The notes beneath the pieces were generated by a model. That model ran no database searches. It saw only the letters and a list, made by a program, of their open reading frames with translations, and was not told the DNA's origin. Below are positions 40,079 to 50,719 of a stretch of 64,000 nucleotides of DNA, piece by piece. The DNA is taken from NCBI GenBank assembly GCA_012511555.1, contig JAAZFX010000056.1, positions 19,445-83,444 of the forward strand, in the 5' to 3' direction. The DNA is from Alcaligenaceae bacterium. Its GTDB lineage: Bacteria > Pseudomonadota > Gammaproteobacteria > Burkholderiales > Burkholderiaceae_B. Made by a program: the position numbers and the translations under genes. Position 1 is the stretch's first letter; each line of letters begins with the position of its first letter.

Positions 40079-41947
40079 TTATTGAAAATCAACGGCATAA
40101 GGATCTTTACTATCTGATTGTTGATGCTCATTTTGTAATGAGTTACTTTCTTCAGTATGTGTACTAGGCTCTGCCTCTGCACCGAAAGAATCAACTGCAT
40201 AAGGATCGTCACTACTTGGACTTGCTGCGTTACCAAAAGAGTCGACCGCATAGGGATCAGCACCATAAGCGTCCCCCTCGGAACTACTAAATGGGTCGCT
40301 AGCATAAGGATCGTCCCCATAGCTACTGCCATAAGAATCAATGCCTATTTGAATCGTTGCCGGATCAATTTGAGGCCCTGTCCCTTTGTAATGAGTAACC
40401 ATATTTGGGAAAGCCAAAACTAGACCTACCATGCACAATTGAATAATGATAAACGGAATCGCTCCCCAATAAATTTCGGTCGTCTTGACACCCTCTACAC
40501 GCTTTTTAGTGATCTTATCAATATAGGCATCTTTAGGAGCTACAGAGCGCAAAAAGAACAAGGCAAAGCCAAATGGTGGGTGCATGAACGAAGTCTGCAT
40601 ATTAACGGCCAAAATCACCGCAAACCAAACCAGATCAATACCTAAACTGTCAGCCACTGGTGCTAGTAAAGGCACCACAATAAAAGCCAATTCAAAGTAA
40701 TCTAAAAAGAAAGCTAATAAGAAAATAAAAATACTGACAACGATTAAGAAGCCATAAACTCCACCAGGCAAATCAGTAAATAGACTATTAACCCAGTGTT
40801 GACCGCCAAAGCCGGTAAAGGTTAGAGTAAAAATAGTCGAACCGACTAAGATAAAAATGACAAAACTAGTCAACACGGTGGTTGATTCCATCGCTTGTTT
40901 TAATAACGAAACATTTAATCGACCACGCGACAACGCTAAAATAATAGAACCTACAGCACCCATTGCCCCACCCTCAGTTGGGGTAGCAATGCCTAGAAAA
41001 ATGGTACCTAATACCAAGAAAATAAGTAGTAACGGAGGTACCATCACAAAAACCACTTTTGAGGTAATACGTGATAACCAGCGCAAACGTAAATACTTAT
41101 CAGCCAAGGCAATGGCGAACATAACTAGTCCCCATAGCAATAAGCTAATGACGATTTTTTCATCCATTGCGGTATTTTCATCTGCAAAAAACTGTAGATC
41201 AAGCCAATAAGAAATGGCACCGGCAATAACCGAAGTCACAAGCAAAGAGCGCAAACCCGAACGACCATTATCTTCTACATATTTACGCGCATGAACCGGT
41301 AAAGCCGGGGCCGCCTTAGGCATAATAATTGAAATGATAATGACAAAAACAAGGTAGATACCAACCAAGCTTAATGCAGGAATCATCGCGCCACGGTAAA
41401 CATCACCCACTGAACGACCCACTTGGTCAGCTAGAATAATCAGCACTAATGATGGCGGAATAATTTGTGACAAAGTGCCCGATGCAGCAATCACCCCTGT
41501 CGCCAATCGACGATCATAGCCATAGCGCATCATAATAGGCAAAGAAATCAAGCCCATTGAAATCACAGATGCGGCCACTACACCGGTCGTCGCAGCAAGC
41601 AAGGCGCCGACAAATACTACTGCGATCGCCAAACCACCACGCACTGGACCAAATATCTCGCCAATCGTATCTAAGAGATCCTCTGCCATCCCTGAACGTT
41701 CAAGCACCAAACCCATCAATGTAAAAAACGGCACTGCCAACAAGGTGTCATTTTGAATAATACCGAAAATTCGATTAGGTAAAGCCTGTAAAAACTGGAA
41801 ATTAAACTCACCAAGCAAAATCCCTAAAATGGCATAAAAAATACCATTCGCCGCCAATGAAAAAGCAACTGGGAATCCTAAAAGCAAGAACCCGATCAGG
41901 GTTAAGAACATGATCGGAGGCATATTAGCAACAATAAATTCAACCAT
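40079..41947 (-). CDS. TRAP transporter large permease DctM with acidic repeat tail
   Basis: GFPVAFSL, AVPFFTLMG..LERSG, IIPPS, ATPTE and SFMHPPFGF. Confidence 0.92.
   Translation of the reverse strand: MVEFIVANMPPIMFLTLIGFLLLGFPVAFSLAANGIFYAILGILLGEFNFQFLQALPNRIFGIIQNDTLLAVPFFTLMGLVLERSGMAEDLLDTIGEIFGPVRGGLAIAVVFVGALLAATTGVVAASVISMGLISLPIMMRYGYDRRLATGVIAASGTLSQIIPPSLVLIILADQVGRSVGDVYRGAMIPALSLVGIYLVFVIIISIIMPKAAPALPVHARKYVEDNGRSGLRSLLVTSVIAGAISYWLDLQFFADENTAMDEKIVISLLLWGLVMFAIALADKYLRLRWLSRITSKVVFVMVPPLLLIFLVLGTIFLGIATPTEGGAMGAVGSIILALSRGRLNVSLLKQAMESTTVLTSFVIFILVGSTIFTLTFTGFGGQHWVNSLFTDLPGGVYGFLIVVSIFIFLLAFFLDYFELAFIVVPLLAPVADSLGIDLVWFAVILAVNMQTSFMHPPFGFALFFLRSVAPKDAYIDKITKKRVEGVKTTEIYWGAIPFIIIQLCMVGLVLAFPNMVTHYKGTGPQIDPATIQIGIDSYGSSYGDDPYASDPFSSSEGDAYGADPYAVDSFGNAASPSSDDPYAVDSFGAEAEPSTHTEESNSLQNEHQQSDSKDPYAVDFQ
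40082..40330 (-). repeat. Four degenerate coding repeats, DPYA(S/V)D(S/P)F or DPYAVDF
   Basis: On the + strand GCATA(A/G)GGATC recurs near 40095, 40197, 40248 and 40302. Confidence 0.8.
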
Positions 41948-41958
41948 TTCCTAATCCT

Positions 41959-42555
41959 CTATTTCTCGTTATTATTAGAATCTTCGCTTTGCTCTTTAAG
42001 CTCTTCGAGTAACTCCTCGTCAGAGCTTTTACCCTTATGCAAAGGGTTAGGTGACATGCCTTTTAAAAAAGCTATGCATTTAATTAAGTGGGATAAACCC
42101 GCCATAATCATCAAGCTAAAGCCTATAGGGATAAGTAATTTTACCGGCCAACGAATTAAACCACCGGTATTATTTGACATCTCACCAGAGACATAAGACT
42201 GCACAAAGAAAGGCCAAGACAAATAAACAATCAAGCCACATGCAGGTAATAAAAAGAAAATAACACCAAGAATATCAATGATAACTTGAGTGCGCTCTTT
42301 GAGCCTGGAGTTAATAACGTCCACACGAACGTGCGCATTTTTAAGGAAGGTATAACCTCCAGCCAATAAAAACACTACACCGAATAAATACCATTGAATT
42401 TCTAACCAGGCATTAGAGCTGTCATTAAAAATTTTACGGTAAGCGGCATTAGCTGCACTGACAATGGCCATTATCAACGTCACCCAAATAACCAGCTGTA
42501 AGACTTTGGTATTTATAAAGTCAAAAAATCGTGAAATCGCAAGTAAAGAACGCAT
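41959..42555 (-). CDS. TRAP transporter small permease DctQ
   Basis: SNAWLEIQWYLF, HVRVDV and E.S...GGLIRWPVK. Confidence 0.9.
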   Translation of the reverse strand: MRSLLAISRFFDFINTKVLQLVIWVTLIMAIVSAANAAYRKIFNDSSNAWLEIQWYLFGVVFLLAGGYTFLKNAHVRVDVINSRLKERTQVIIDILGVIFFLLPACGLIVYLSWPFFVQSYVSGEMSNNTGGLIRWPVKLLIPIGFSLMIMAGLSHLIKCIAFLKGMSPNPLHKGKSSDEELLEELKEQSEDSNNNEK

Positions 42556-42655
42556 GAAGTGAAACTCTTATTTTTCTTAGAGAAAGGTAAATTAAAAAAC
42601 AGAAGTGCAAGAATTATTATTATAAATTACAAAAACAGTTGTTAATTGTAAAGGC

Positions 42656-42689
42656 AAATGGCCGAGATAAAGGAATATCTCGGCCATTT
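42656..42689 (-). terminator. Terminator/hairpin after etfBA
   Basis: AAATGGCCGAGATA-N6-TATCTCGGCCATTT. Confidence 0.72.
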
Positions 42690-42712
42690 TACAAGATTTT
42701 AGTCTTAGAGAA

Positions 42713-43642
42713 CTATAACTTCTCGGTTAATTCCGGTACTGCCTGGAATAAATCTGCAACTAATCCATAGTCAGCAACACCAAAAATTGGTGCCTCTGCG
42801 TCTTTGTTAATTGCCACAATAACCTTAGAGTCCTTCATGCCTGCCAAGTGCTGAATTGCGCCTGAAATACCAACTGCAACATAAAGCTGAGGAGCAACTA
42901 CCTTGCCTGTTTGACCAACTTGTAAATCGTTAGGAGCATAGCCCGCATCGACAGCAGCTCGAGATGCACCAACGGCTGCGCCTAATTTACCCGCTAAGCC
43001 ATCAATAATAGCGAAGTTTTCTTGGCTACCAACACCACGACCACCCGATACAATAATATTCGCAGCAGTTAGCTCTGGACGATCGCTTTTAACTACTTCA
43101 CGGCCCACAAACTTAGATAAACCGCTATCAGCCACCGCCTCAACACTTACAACCTCGGCAGAACCACCTTCAGCAGCTACTGCATCAAAACCTGTTGTAC
43201 GAATAGTTAAAACTTTGGTATCGCCTTCAACTTGTACTGTTGCGATTGCATTACCTGCGTAAATTGGACGCTGGAAAGTATCAGCAGACTCAACGCCAAT
43301 CACGTCAGTAATTTGTGCTACATCTAACTTAGCGGCAACGCGAGGAGCAATATTTTTACCATTTGCTGTTGCAGGGAATAAAATATGACTATATTCACCA
43401 GCGACTGCAAGCACCTGAGCAGCCACGTTTTCTGCTAAAAACTGCTCTAAACTATCGCCATCAGCCAATAAAACTTTGGTTACGCCAGCTATTTTAGCAG
43501 CAGCATCAGCAACAGCTTGAGCACCTTTACCAGCAACTAAAATATGAATATCACCACCTATTTTGGCAGCAGCAGCTACAGTATTTAGCGTAGCCGGCTT
43601 TAAAGAAGAATTGTCGTGTTCAGCAATTACTAAATTCGTCAT
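42713..43642 (-). CDS. etfA: Electron transfer flavoprotein alpha subunit
   Basis: RPIYAGNA, VSGGRG, QVGQTGK and GISGAIQHLAGM. Confidence 0.96.
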   Translation of the reverse strand: MTNLVIAEHDNSSLKPATLNTVAAAAKIGGDIHILVAGKGAQAVADAAAKIAGVTKVLLADGDSLEQFLAENVAAQVLAVAGEYSHILFPATANGKNIAPRVAAKLDVAQITDVIGVESADTFQRPIYAGNAIATVQVEGDTKVLTIRTTGFDAVAAEGGSAEVVSVEAVADSGLSKFVGREVVKSDRPELTAANIIVSGGRGVGSQENFAIIDGLAGKLGAAVGASRAAVDAGYAPNDLQVGQTGKVVAPQLYVAVGISGAIQHLAGMKDSKVIVAINKDAEAPIFGVADYGLVADLFQAVPELTEKL

Positions 43643-43643
43643 C

Positions 43644-44396
43644 TTAAATCACCTTCGCTTCATTTTTTAACTTATCAACTAACGTCTCTACATCAGGAAC
43701 GGTAATACCGCCCTCACGTGCAGGTGGTTCAGATACTTTCAAAGTTTTAATTTTTGGAGTGATATCAACGCCCAAATCAGCAGGAGTAACAACATCCAAC
43801 TGCTTCTTCTTGGCCTTCATGATGTCAGGTAATTTAACGTAGCGAGGTTCATTTAAACGCAAGTCAGTAGTGACAATTGCCGGCAACTGTATTTCAACAG
43901 TTTCTAAACCGCCATCTACCTCACGAGTAACAGTAACGCTGCTATCACCCAGCTCAACTTTAGAGGCAAAGGTAGCTTGAGGTCTATCTAATAAAGCAGC
44001 TAACATCTGACCGGTTTGGTTGGCATCGTCATCAATCGCTTGCTTGCCTAAGAGTATTAACTGTGCTTCTTCTTTTTGAGCAATCTCTTTTAATAACTTG
44101 GCAACAGCTAAAGGCTGCAATTCATCATCAGTCTGCACTAAGATGCCGCGATCAGCACCAAGCGCCATGGCTGTACGAATAGTTTCTTGACACTTATCAA
44201 TGCCGCAAGATACCGCGACGACTTCTGAAACCTTGCCCTGCTCTTTGAGACGCACAGCCTCTTCCATAGCAATTTCATCAAACGGGTTCATAGACATCTT
44301 CACGTTAGCGATATCGACGTCTGTCTGATCTGCTTTTACACGCACCTTGACGTTATAGTCAACAACGCGCTTGACGGGTACTAAGACCTTCATCAA
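43644..44396 (-). CDS. etfB: Electron transfer flavoprotein beta subunit
   Basis: [30 protein letters not shown] and DLRLNEPRY. Confidence 0.96.
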   Translation of the reverse strand: MMKVLVPVKRVVDYNVKVRVKADQTDVDIANVKMSMNPFDEIAMEEAVRLKEQGKVSEVVAVSCGIDKCQETIRTAMALGADRGILVQTDDELQPLAVAKLLKEIAQKEEAQLILLGKQAIDDDANQTGQMLAALLDRPQATFASKVELGDSSVTVTREVDGGLETVEIQLPAIVTTDLRLNEPRYVKLPDIMKAKKKQLDVVTPADLGVDITPKIKTLKVSEPPAREGGITVPDVETLVDKLKNEAKVI

Positions 44397-44594
44397 ATAT
44401 TCTCCTATGACAATTACTTTTTAAATGCAATATATATTACACGGTGTCGCAATCATTTTACCTATTTTAAAAACTTTTACCTAATCAAATTCTAAAAAGA
44501 CTAACTTAACGTTAGGTTAAGTAAAGGGTTAACCCATGCTTAAGTGTAAGCTTTATACAACGGACTAAAGTATAACCACTAACTCAGTAATCTG

Positions 44595-45530
44595 CTAACA
44601 GAACCCTGCTAAGGCCCTTACATGTTCGACTGCGCTTCGTGCCAAGGCATTGATATTGTAGCCGCCCTCAAGAAAACTGATAACTCGCCCCTGGCAGTGC
44701 CTGTCAGCCACTGCCATAAGCTCTTTAGTAAGCCAGACAAAGTCTTGCTCGACCAGAGTCATCTGACCCATATCATCATCTCGATGAGCATCAAAACCAG
44801 CACAAATGATAACTAGTTCAGGCCTATATGCATCCATGATCGGCAACCAAACGGTCTTGACTGCCTCCTCAATCTCCTGACGACCACTGTAAGCCTTGAG
44901 GGGAACATTATGCATATTAGGAGCAACATCTTCGGCACCGGAGTATGGGAAGAACGGATGTTGAAAAAAACTGAACATCTTGACATGGGGGTCATTGGCA
45001 AAGATTTGCTCAGTGCCATTGCCATGGTGCACATCAAAATCAATAATAGCCACACGGCTTAAACCGTACTTGTCAATGGCATAGCGAGCAGCCACTGCAG
45101 CATTATTAAAGAAGCAAAAACCCATACTTTTATCTGGCTCAGCGTGATGACCCGGTGGACGCACAGAGCAAAAAGCATTTTTCGCTCGAGACTGCATCAA
45201 CTCATCGACGGCTAAGATACCTGAGCCTGCGGCTCTTAAAGCGGCAGCCCAAGTATGAGGGTTCAAACTGGTTTCTTCATTGTCTATGTTAAAGTAGCCC
45301 TCGGAAGGAATATTTGACTTAATAAAGTCCACATAATCTGCTTGATGGCAACGTAAAATATCCTCTTCAGTGGCTTGCGGGGCCTGCATTTCCTTAAGGC
45401 ACCAAATCAAATCAGTCCCGCACAGCCGATCATGGATCGCTGCCAAACGCTTAGCTGACTCGGGATGCCAGCTGCGCATATTGTGTAAACTACAGTCCGG
45501 ATGGGTGATATAAAGCGTACCGCCTACCAA
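44595..45530 (-). CDS. Histone deacetylase family amidohydrolase
   Basis: HPE..RL, RPPGHHA, GFCFFNN, DFDVHHGNGT, AGFDAH..D and LEGGY. Confidence 0.92.
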   Translation of the reverse strand: MVGGTLYITHPDCSLHNMRSWHPESAKRLAAIHDRLCGTDLIWCLKEMQAPQATEEDILRCHQADYVDFIKSNIPSEGYFNIDNEETSLNPHTWAAALRAAGSGILAVDELMQSRAKNAFCSVRPPGHHAEPDKSMGFCFFNNAAVAARYAIDKYGLSRVAIIDFDVHHGNGTEQIFANDPHVKMFSFFQHPFFPYSGAEDVAPNMHNVPLKAYSGRQEIEEAVKTVWLPIMDAYRPELVIICAGFDAHRDDDMGQMTLVEQDFVWLTKELMAVADRHCQGRVISFLEGGYNINALARSAVEHVRALAGFC

Positions 45531-45708
45531 TATAATCTCTCACTCTATCTGAATATTAATAACTCATGCTATAAGTAACATATTAATATGGACTGATATC
45601 CTCTAAACCCCAGTATTTACCCTATACTTGTATAGGCTCTGGCTGTGTTTTAATTAAAAAAACCAGTTTCCTTGTTTAGAATCAACCCTACCTCGTCAAT
45701 GACTATTT

Positions 45709-46818
45709 ATGAAATCCTTAAAAGTACTATTAACTACCGTCTCTCTGCTTAGCTTGACAGCATGTGCTAATACAAGCTCTGATCAATCCACAGCAAATCG
45801 CAATCCTCAACCTGACACACATAAAGTAGTAACCAACACGGCGACGACTGATGCCCCAGAAGTTTTAAGCGCTGATTTTGAACGTCGTCCTTTAAGTGCT
45901 GATCAATCTACTTTTATTAAAGAAGTGGCTGAACGCTACGAAGTGCCCGTAAATCATGTCGCTGCGTTAGTAAACTCCGCACAAATTAATACTCAAACTC
46001 AACGCCTCATGACTCCTAGCAATAACGGCCGAGTTAAGCGTTCTTGGACTACTTACAGAAAACGTGTCATGGATCCGATACGCATCCGTGGCGGTAAAAG
46101 CTTTATGCAAAGAAATGCTTCTACACTAGCCGAGGTAGAGCAACAATATGGAGTACCGGCAGAAATTATTGGTAGTATCATCGGAGTAGAAACTGTTTAT
46201 GGTAATTACATGGGTAGTTTCAAATTACTGGATTCTCTTTACACCTTGGGTTTCTATCATCCAGATTCTAATCGTCCTGATCGTCATCAGTCATTCCGTA
46301 ATCAATTAGCAGCCTTAATCAAACTTGATCATCAAGGGAAAATCAATGCCAATACTGAACTAGGATCTTTTGCCGGAGCTACTGGTTTACCTCAGTTTAT
46401 GCCTATTAGCATCATGTACTACGCGGTTGATGGCGATGCTGATGGTCGTATTGACTTACGCAACAGTGAAAAAGACGCGATTCATTCGGTGGCAAACTTC
46501 TTGGTCAAGCATGGCTGGCAAAGCGACATGCCGGTCTTTGCTCCTGCAAGCCTACCGACAAATCCCGCAGCGGTAGAAGGTAAAGGTTTAGAGCCCACGC
46601 TGACTTGGCAAGAGCTACAAAATCAAGGCTCTAGTAGCAACTCACAAGCTGCCTCTTGGAAAAAAGGTCGTAATCTAGGGGTAATTAACTTGATGGATGA
46701 AACTCAGGGCAGAAATGAATACCGCATTGCTACACAAAACTTTTTTGCCATTACCAAATACAATAACAGTTATTTTTATGCGGCTTCAGTTGCTGATTTT
46801 GCTCAGACTCTGAAATAA
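45709..46818 (+). CDS. mltB: Membrane-bound lytic murein transglycosylase B
   Basis: Lipobox LTAC, IIGVET.YG, GSFAGA.G.PQFMP, EF-hand DGDADGRIDL and ITKYN.S..YA. Confidence 0.92.
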   Translation: MKSLKVLLTTVSLLSLTACANTSSDQSTANRNPQPDTHKVVTNTATTDAPEVLSADFERRPLSADQSTFIKEVAERYEVPVNHVAALVNSAQINTQTQRLMTPSNNGRVKRSWTTYRKRVMDPIRIRGGKSFMQRNASTLAEVEQQYGVPAEIIGSIIGVETVYGNYMGSFKLLDSLYTLGFYHPDSNRPDRHQSFRNQLAALIKLDHQGKINANTELGSFAGATGLPQFMPISIMYYAVDGDADGRIDLRNSEKDAIHSVANFLVKHGWQSDMPVFAPASLPTNPAAVEGKGLEPTLTWQELQNQGSSSNSQAASWKKGRNLGVINLMDETQGRNEYRIATQNFFAITKYNNSYFYAASVADFAQTLK

Positions 46819-46849
46819 ATTAGTAGCAAAATCTAAAAGCAAGACCATA

Positions 46850-46886
46850 CTAGATCCGAAACGTTCATCCAGAACGTCGGATCTAG
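46850..46886. terminator. Hairpin between convergent mltB and MFS genes
   Basis: CTAGATCCGA..ACGTTC-atcca-GAACGT-CGGATCTAG. Confidence 0.6.
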
Positions 46887-46963
46887 GTACATTGAAAATA
46901 CAAGAAGTAATACAAAAATGGCGATAAAAGCCAAAACAATACGCATCTCGTTAGCTCAACTCA

Positions 46964-48208
46964 TTAGTTAACGGCTAGTAGCGGAGCCTTTTCTCTACTG
47001 ATAGCACGCTCGACAATAGGCCAGTTAGCTAAAGCAGCCAGAACCCCCAAGATAATTGAGAGTATCCACATCAGGTCATAATTACCAAATCTATCATAAA
47101 AGGCGCCGCCCATCCATACACCCAAAAAAGATCCTACTTGATGACTGAAGAAAGCGATCCCCCCTAGCATGGACAAATGACGAACCCCAAAGATTTGCGC
47201 AATAATGGCATTGGTTGCCGGCACAGTAGAGAGCCAAAGAAAACCCATTGCCATCGAAAACAAATAAACACTCAATGCACTCAATGGAATCATCAGAAAA
47301 AGCACAATAATCACTGAACGTAGCGCATAAATCCCCACTAACAAATAACGTTTTTGATAGCGTTGCCCTAGTGAACCAACTAAATAGCTGCCAAAAATAT
47401 TAAACAAACCGATTAAAGCCAAGGACAGACTACCTACCTCTGGCCCTAAGCCATTATCTTTAATATAGCCAGGCAAATGCACTGCGATAAAAACAACCTG
47501 AAAGCCACAAACAAAATATCCCGAAATTAACAAAATATAACTACGATAAGTCAGCGCCTCTTTGGCAGCTGCTTTGATACTCTGTTCACTTTCTACATTA
47601 CTTATAGCACTTTCTGATGAGGCCCAAACAATACGCTCTCTAAGCAGATAAGCAAGCGGAATAATCATTAGAGCAAATAACGCTAAAATAACGAGTGCGC
47701 CTTGCCAACCGCTCTGACTGATTAAGGTATTGGAAATAGGCAACATCATAAATTGCCCAAAAGAGCCGGTCGCAGATGCTACTCCCATCGCCCATGAACG
47801 TTGACTTGGACTAATATGACGTCCAATCACACCAAAAATAATGATATAAGTCGTCGCTGCTTGGGCAACCCCCAAAACCACACCCGCAGTTAAAATAAAC
47901 ATCAATGGTGTGCTGGTATAAGCCATCCCTAAAAGACCTAAAGCATAGCAAATCGCCCCCGGAACAATAACTTTAAAAGCACCATAGCGATCTGCCAGCA
48001 TGCCGGCAAAAATACCGACTATCCCCCAAACAAGATTTTGCAAAGCGATTGCAAAAGAAAATACCTCACGCTCCCAACCATGCGCCTGACTAATGGGCAA
48101 TAACCATAGACCGAAACCGTGACGTATACCAATCGATAAGGTGACAATCAGACCGCCGCAAAGCAAGACTCGCTGTACCGATAGCTTATTTTGTACAACA
48201 ACGCCCAT
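46964..48208 (-). CDS. MFS transporter
   Basis: About 12 TM segments; GMLADRYG motif A, GYFVCGFQV.FI..HLP and FFSHQVGSFLG. Confidence 0.9.
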   Translation of the reverse strand: MGVVVQNKLSVQRVLLCGGLIVTLSIGIRHGFGLWLLPISQAHGWEREVFSFAIALQNLVWGIVGIFAGMLADRYGAFKVIVPGAICYALGLLGMAYTSTPLMFILTAGVVLGVAQAATTYIIIFGVIGRHISPSQRSWAMGVASATGSFGQFMMLPISNTLISQSGWQGALVILALFALMIIPLAYLLRERIVWASSESAISNVESEQSIKAAAKEALTYRSYILLISGYFVCGFQVVFIAVHLPGYIKDNGLGPEVGSLSLALIGLFNIFGSYLVGSLGQRYQKRYLLVGIYALRSVIIVLFLMIPLSALSVYLFSMAMGFLWLSTVPATNAIIAQIFGVRHLSMLGGIAFFSHQVGSFLGVWMGGAFYDRFGNYDLMWILSIILGVLAALANWPIVERAISREKAPLLAVN

Positions 48209-48257
48209 CTGTCCCCTCCGGAATATAGGCTAAATTATAAATTTATAATTTTTAGTT

Positions 48258-48836
48258 TTAATTTTTATCGGCGTTTTTAAGTGCCGGCCAAGCTTTACTC
48301 AAATAATAAAACATGGACCATAACGTAAGAAATGCTGCAATAAATATCAGAACATTACCAACGAGTACTAAATTAACACCGAGTACTGTCTGATAAACCA
48401 TAAGACAAGGAATTGCGGCCATCTGCGCCGTCGTCTTAAACTTACCAAGCCAATTCACAGCAACACTGTCGCGTGCTCCCACACTTGCCATCCACTCACG
48501 TAAAGCAGAAATTGTCAGCTCGCGGCCAATAATGATTAAGGCAATATAGGACTCAACCCTGCCTAAGTCCAAAAGGATCAATAAGGCAGCACAAACCATC
48601 AACTTATCAGCCACTGGATCTAAAAATGCACCAAAGGCCGAGGTTTGATTCCAGCGACGCGCTAAATAACCATCTAACCAGTCAGTAATCGCTGCTACAA
48701 CAAAAGCAGCCGCTCCAAAGCAATCCCGCACAGAGGCACTAGCGCCATCCAGAGGCAAGTAATACAAGCCTATGAATAGAGGAATAATGGCTATTCTGAG
48801 CCAAGTAAGAATAATCGGTAAGTTCATTGATTTCAT
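48258..48836 (-). CDS. pgsA: CDP-diacylglycerol--glycerol-3-phosphate 3-phosphatidyltransferase
   Basis: TDWLDGYLARR..QTSAFGAFLDPVADK; follows uvrC. Confidence 0.95.
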   Translation of the reverse strand: MKSMNLPIILTWLRIAIIPLFIGLYYLPLDGASASVRDCFGAAAFVVAAITDWLDGYLARRWNQTSAFGAFLDPVADKLMVCAALLILLDLGRVESYIALIIIGRELTISALREWMASVGARDSVAVNWLGKFKTTAQMAAIPCLMVYQTVLGVNLVLVGNVLIFIAAFLTLWSMFYYLSKAWPALKNADKN

Positions 48837-48881
48837 AGCAGCTATATTACCACTGAAAAGATTAATTCACACTAAAAGTAC

Positions 48882-50711
48882 TTATCGCAGGGCGTCATAA
48901 ATACGTTGCGCCATTTGCAGAGAAATACCCTCTACTGACGCTAGATCATCTACTGTCGCATTAACCACACCGTTAAAACCACCAAAACGAGCTAATAATC
49001 GCTGGCGCCGCTTCGGACCTACACCCTCAATCTCTTCTAGACGCGAAACATTTCTTGCTTTAGCGCGCTTACTACGCATGCCGGTGATAGCAAAACGGTG
49101 TGCTTCATCACGTATTTGTGCAATTAATAATAATGCTTTAGAAGCAATACCCAACTCTACTGCTGGTCTGGAATCTGCAAAAATCAAAGTTTCTAAGCCA
49201 ACCTTGCGACCCTCACCCTTGGCAACACCAACAATCATTGAAATATCCAAGCCTAAATCTGTAAAGACCTGTCGCGCCACTTCGACCTGCCCCTTGCCGC
49301 CATCAATCAAGACAATATCAGGCATCGACTCTGACTCATAGCCATGAGCATAACGACGCTGCAAGACCTGCCGCATCGCGGCATAATCATCGCCCCCTGT
49401 AATACCGGCAATATTAAAACGGCGATAGAGTGAAGGCTGCATATCGTGATTCTGATAAACCACACAGGAGGCTTGGGTTGCTTCACCATGACTATGACTA
49501 ATATCAAAACACTCAATTCGCAATTTAGCCAAAGCCTCAGGGTCTAAATCCAAAGCCAACAGCTCTGCCAACGCCTGAGTTCGCTCCTGCATCTGACCTG
49601 CTTCGGCTGAGCGACGCTGCAAGGCAAGCTGTGCATTACGTTGTGCTTGCTCTAACCAATTTTTACGCACCCCACTTGGTCTGGTAATGACTTGAGTTCG
49701 TGCCCTGGTTTCTTGTTTTAATAAGAGTAAAAGCTCAGGTTCAGGCAAGATATGAGAAGAGATAATAACTGGCGGTAACTGATGCTCTATGTAATGACTT
49801 GCTATAAAAGCAGCGAGTACCTCGCCCGGCTCATCGCCATTGATATGGGTCGGAAAAATTGGTTTATCACCCAGGTGGCGCCCTGCTCTTACCATGGCCA
49901 AGTTGACACAGAAATTGCCATCATACTGCTCTACAGCAATAATATCCACATCACTTTCATCGCTCGACTCCATCGCCTGCTGTTGCATCAAGGTCGCTAA
50001 AGATTTCATCTGATCACGGAACATCGCTGCACGCTCAAACTGCAAGTCATTAGAGGCTTGCAACATCTTGTCCTCTAAATTACCGAGAACCTTGTTAGAC
50101 TCACCATGTAAGACCTTGACCGCATGCTCTATATCCGCTTGATACTCTTCCTTTGAGATTAAACCTACACAGGGAGCCGAACAACGCTGAATTTGATAGA
50201 GCAAACAGGGCCTAGAGCGATTAGAAAAAACACTATCCTCACAGGTCCTTAATCGAAAGATCTTCTGCAGTAACTGCATGGTATCCCGCACTGCCCAAGA
50301 ATTAGGGTAAGGACCAAAAAAATGACCGCTTTTATTGGTCGAACCACGGTAGTAGACCATCCGTGGGGACTCATGATCCGTAAACATCAGATAGGGATAG
50401 GACTTGTCATCACGGAATAAAATATTGTATTTAGGTTGTAAGCGCTTGATTAAATTAACTTCTAATATCAGCGCTTCAGCTTCAGAATCAGTAATTGTGA
50501 TATCGACACTGGCCACGCGCGCCACCATGTGAGCTATGCGTGGACTTTGCAGATTTTTTTGAAAGTATTGAGAAACCCGTTTTTTTAAATCCTTGGCTTT
50601 GCCAACATACAAGACCTCCCCATCTGCCGCTATATGTCGATAGACACCGGGCAAATTGGGTAAGTCTTTTAAAAAACCTTGAATATCAAAAGAAGGTGAC
50701 TCAGAACTCAT
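48882..50711 (-). CDS. uvrC: Excinuclease ABC subunit C
   Basis: GIY-YIG domain (PGVY..LYVGKAK), [23 protein letters not shown] and HhH. Confidence 0.97.
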   Translation of the reverse strand: MSSESPSFDIQGFLKDLPNLPGVYRHIAADGEVLYVGKAKDLKKRVSQYFQKNLQSPRIAHMVARVASVDITITDSEAEALILEVNLIKRLQPKYNILFRDDKSYPYLMFTDHESPRMVYYRGSTNKSGHFFGPYPNSWAVRDTMQLLQKIFRLRTCEDSVFSNRSRPCLLYQIQRCSAPCVGLISKEEYQADIEHAVKVLHGESNKVLGNLEDKMLQASNDLQFERAAMFRDQMKSLATLMQQQAMESSDESDVDIIAVEQYDGNFCVNLAMVRAGRHLGDKPIFPTHINGDEPGEVLAAFIASHYIEHQLPPVIISSHILPEPELLLLLKQETRARTQVITRPSGVRKNWLEQAQRNAQLALQRRSAEAGQMQERTQALAELLALDLDPEALAKLRIECFDISHSHGEATQASCVVYQNHDMQPSLYRRFNIAGITGGDDYAAMRQVLQRRYAHGYESESMPDIVLIDGGKGQVEVARQVFTDLGLDISMIVGVAKGEGRKVGLETLIFADSRPAVELGIASKALLLIAQIRDEAHRFAITGMRSKRAKARNVSRLEEIEGVGPKRRQRLLARFGGFNGVVNATVDDLASVEGISLQMAQRIYDALR

Positions 50712-50719
50712 AACTTAAC

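Noticed and set aside
40069-40341. 90-aa alternative-frame ORF whose TGA overlaps the trpF ATG, suggesting a leader peptide or frameshift product
   Set aside because: It is the shifted reading of the DctM repeat tail. It starts at a non-ATG codon and has no Trp codons, and trpF has its own RBS (AAGGGG).
44504-44535. Short palindromes upstream of etfB (ACTTAAC-N5-GTTAAGT; GGGTTAACCC)
   Set aside because: They are too short in AT-rich DNA to separate from chance or from a weak terminator of the upstream deacetylase gene.
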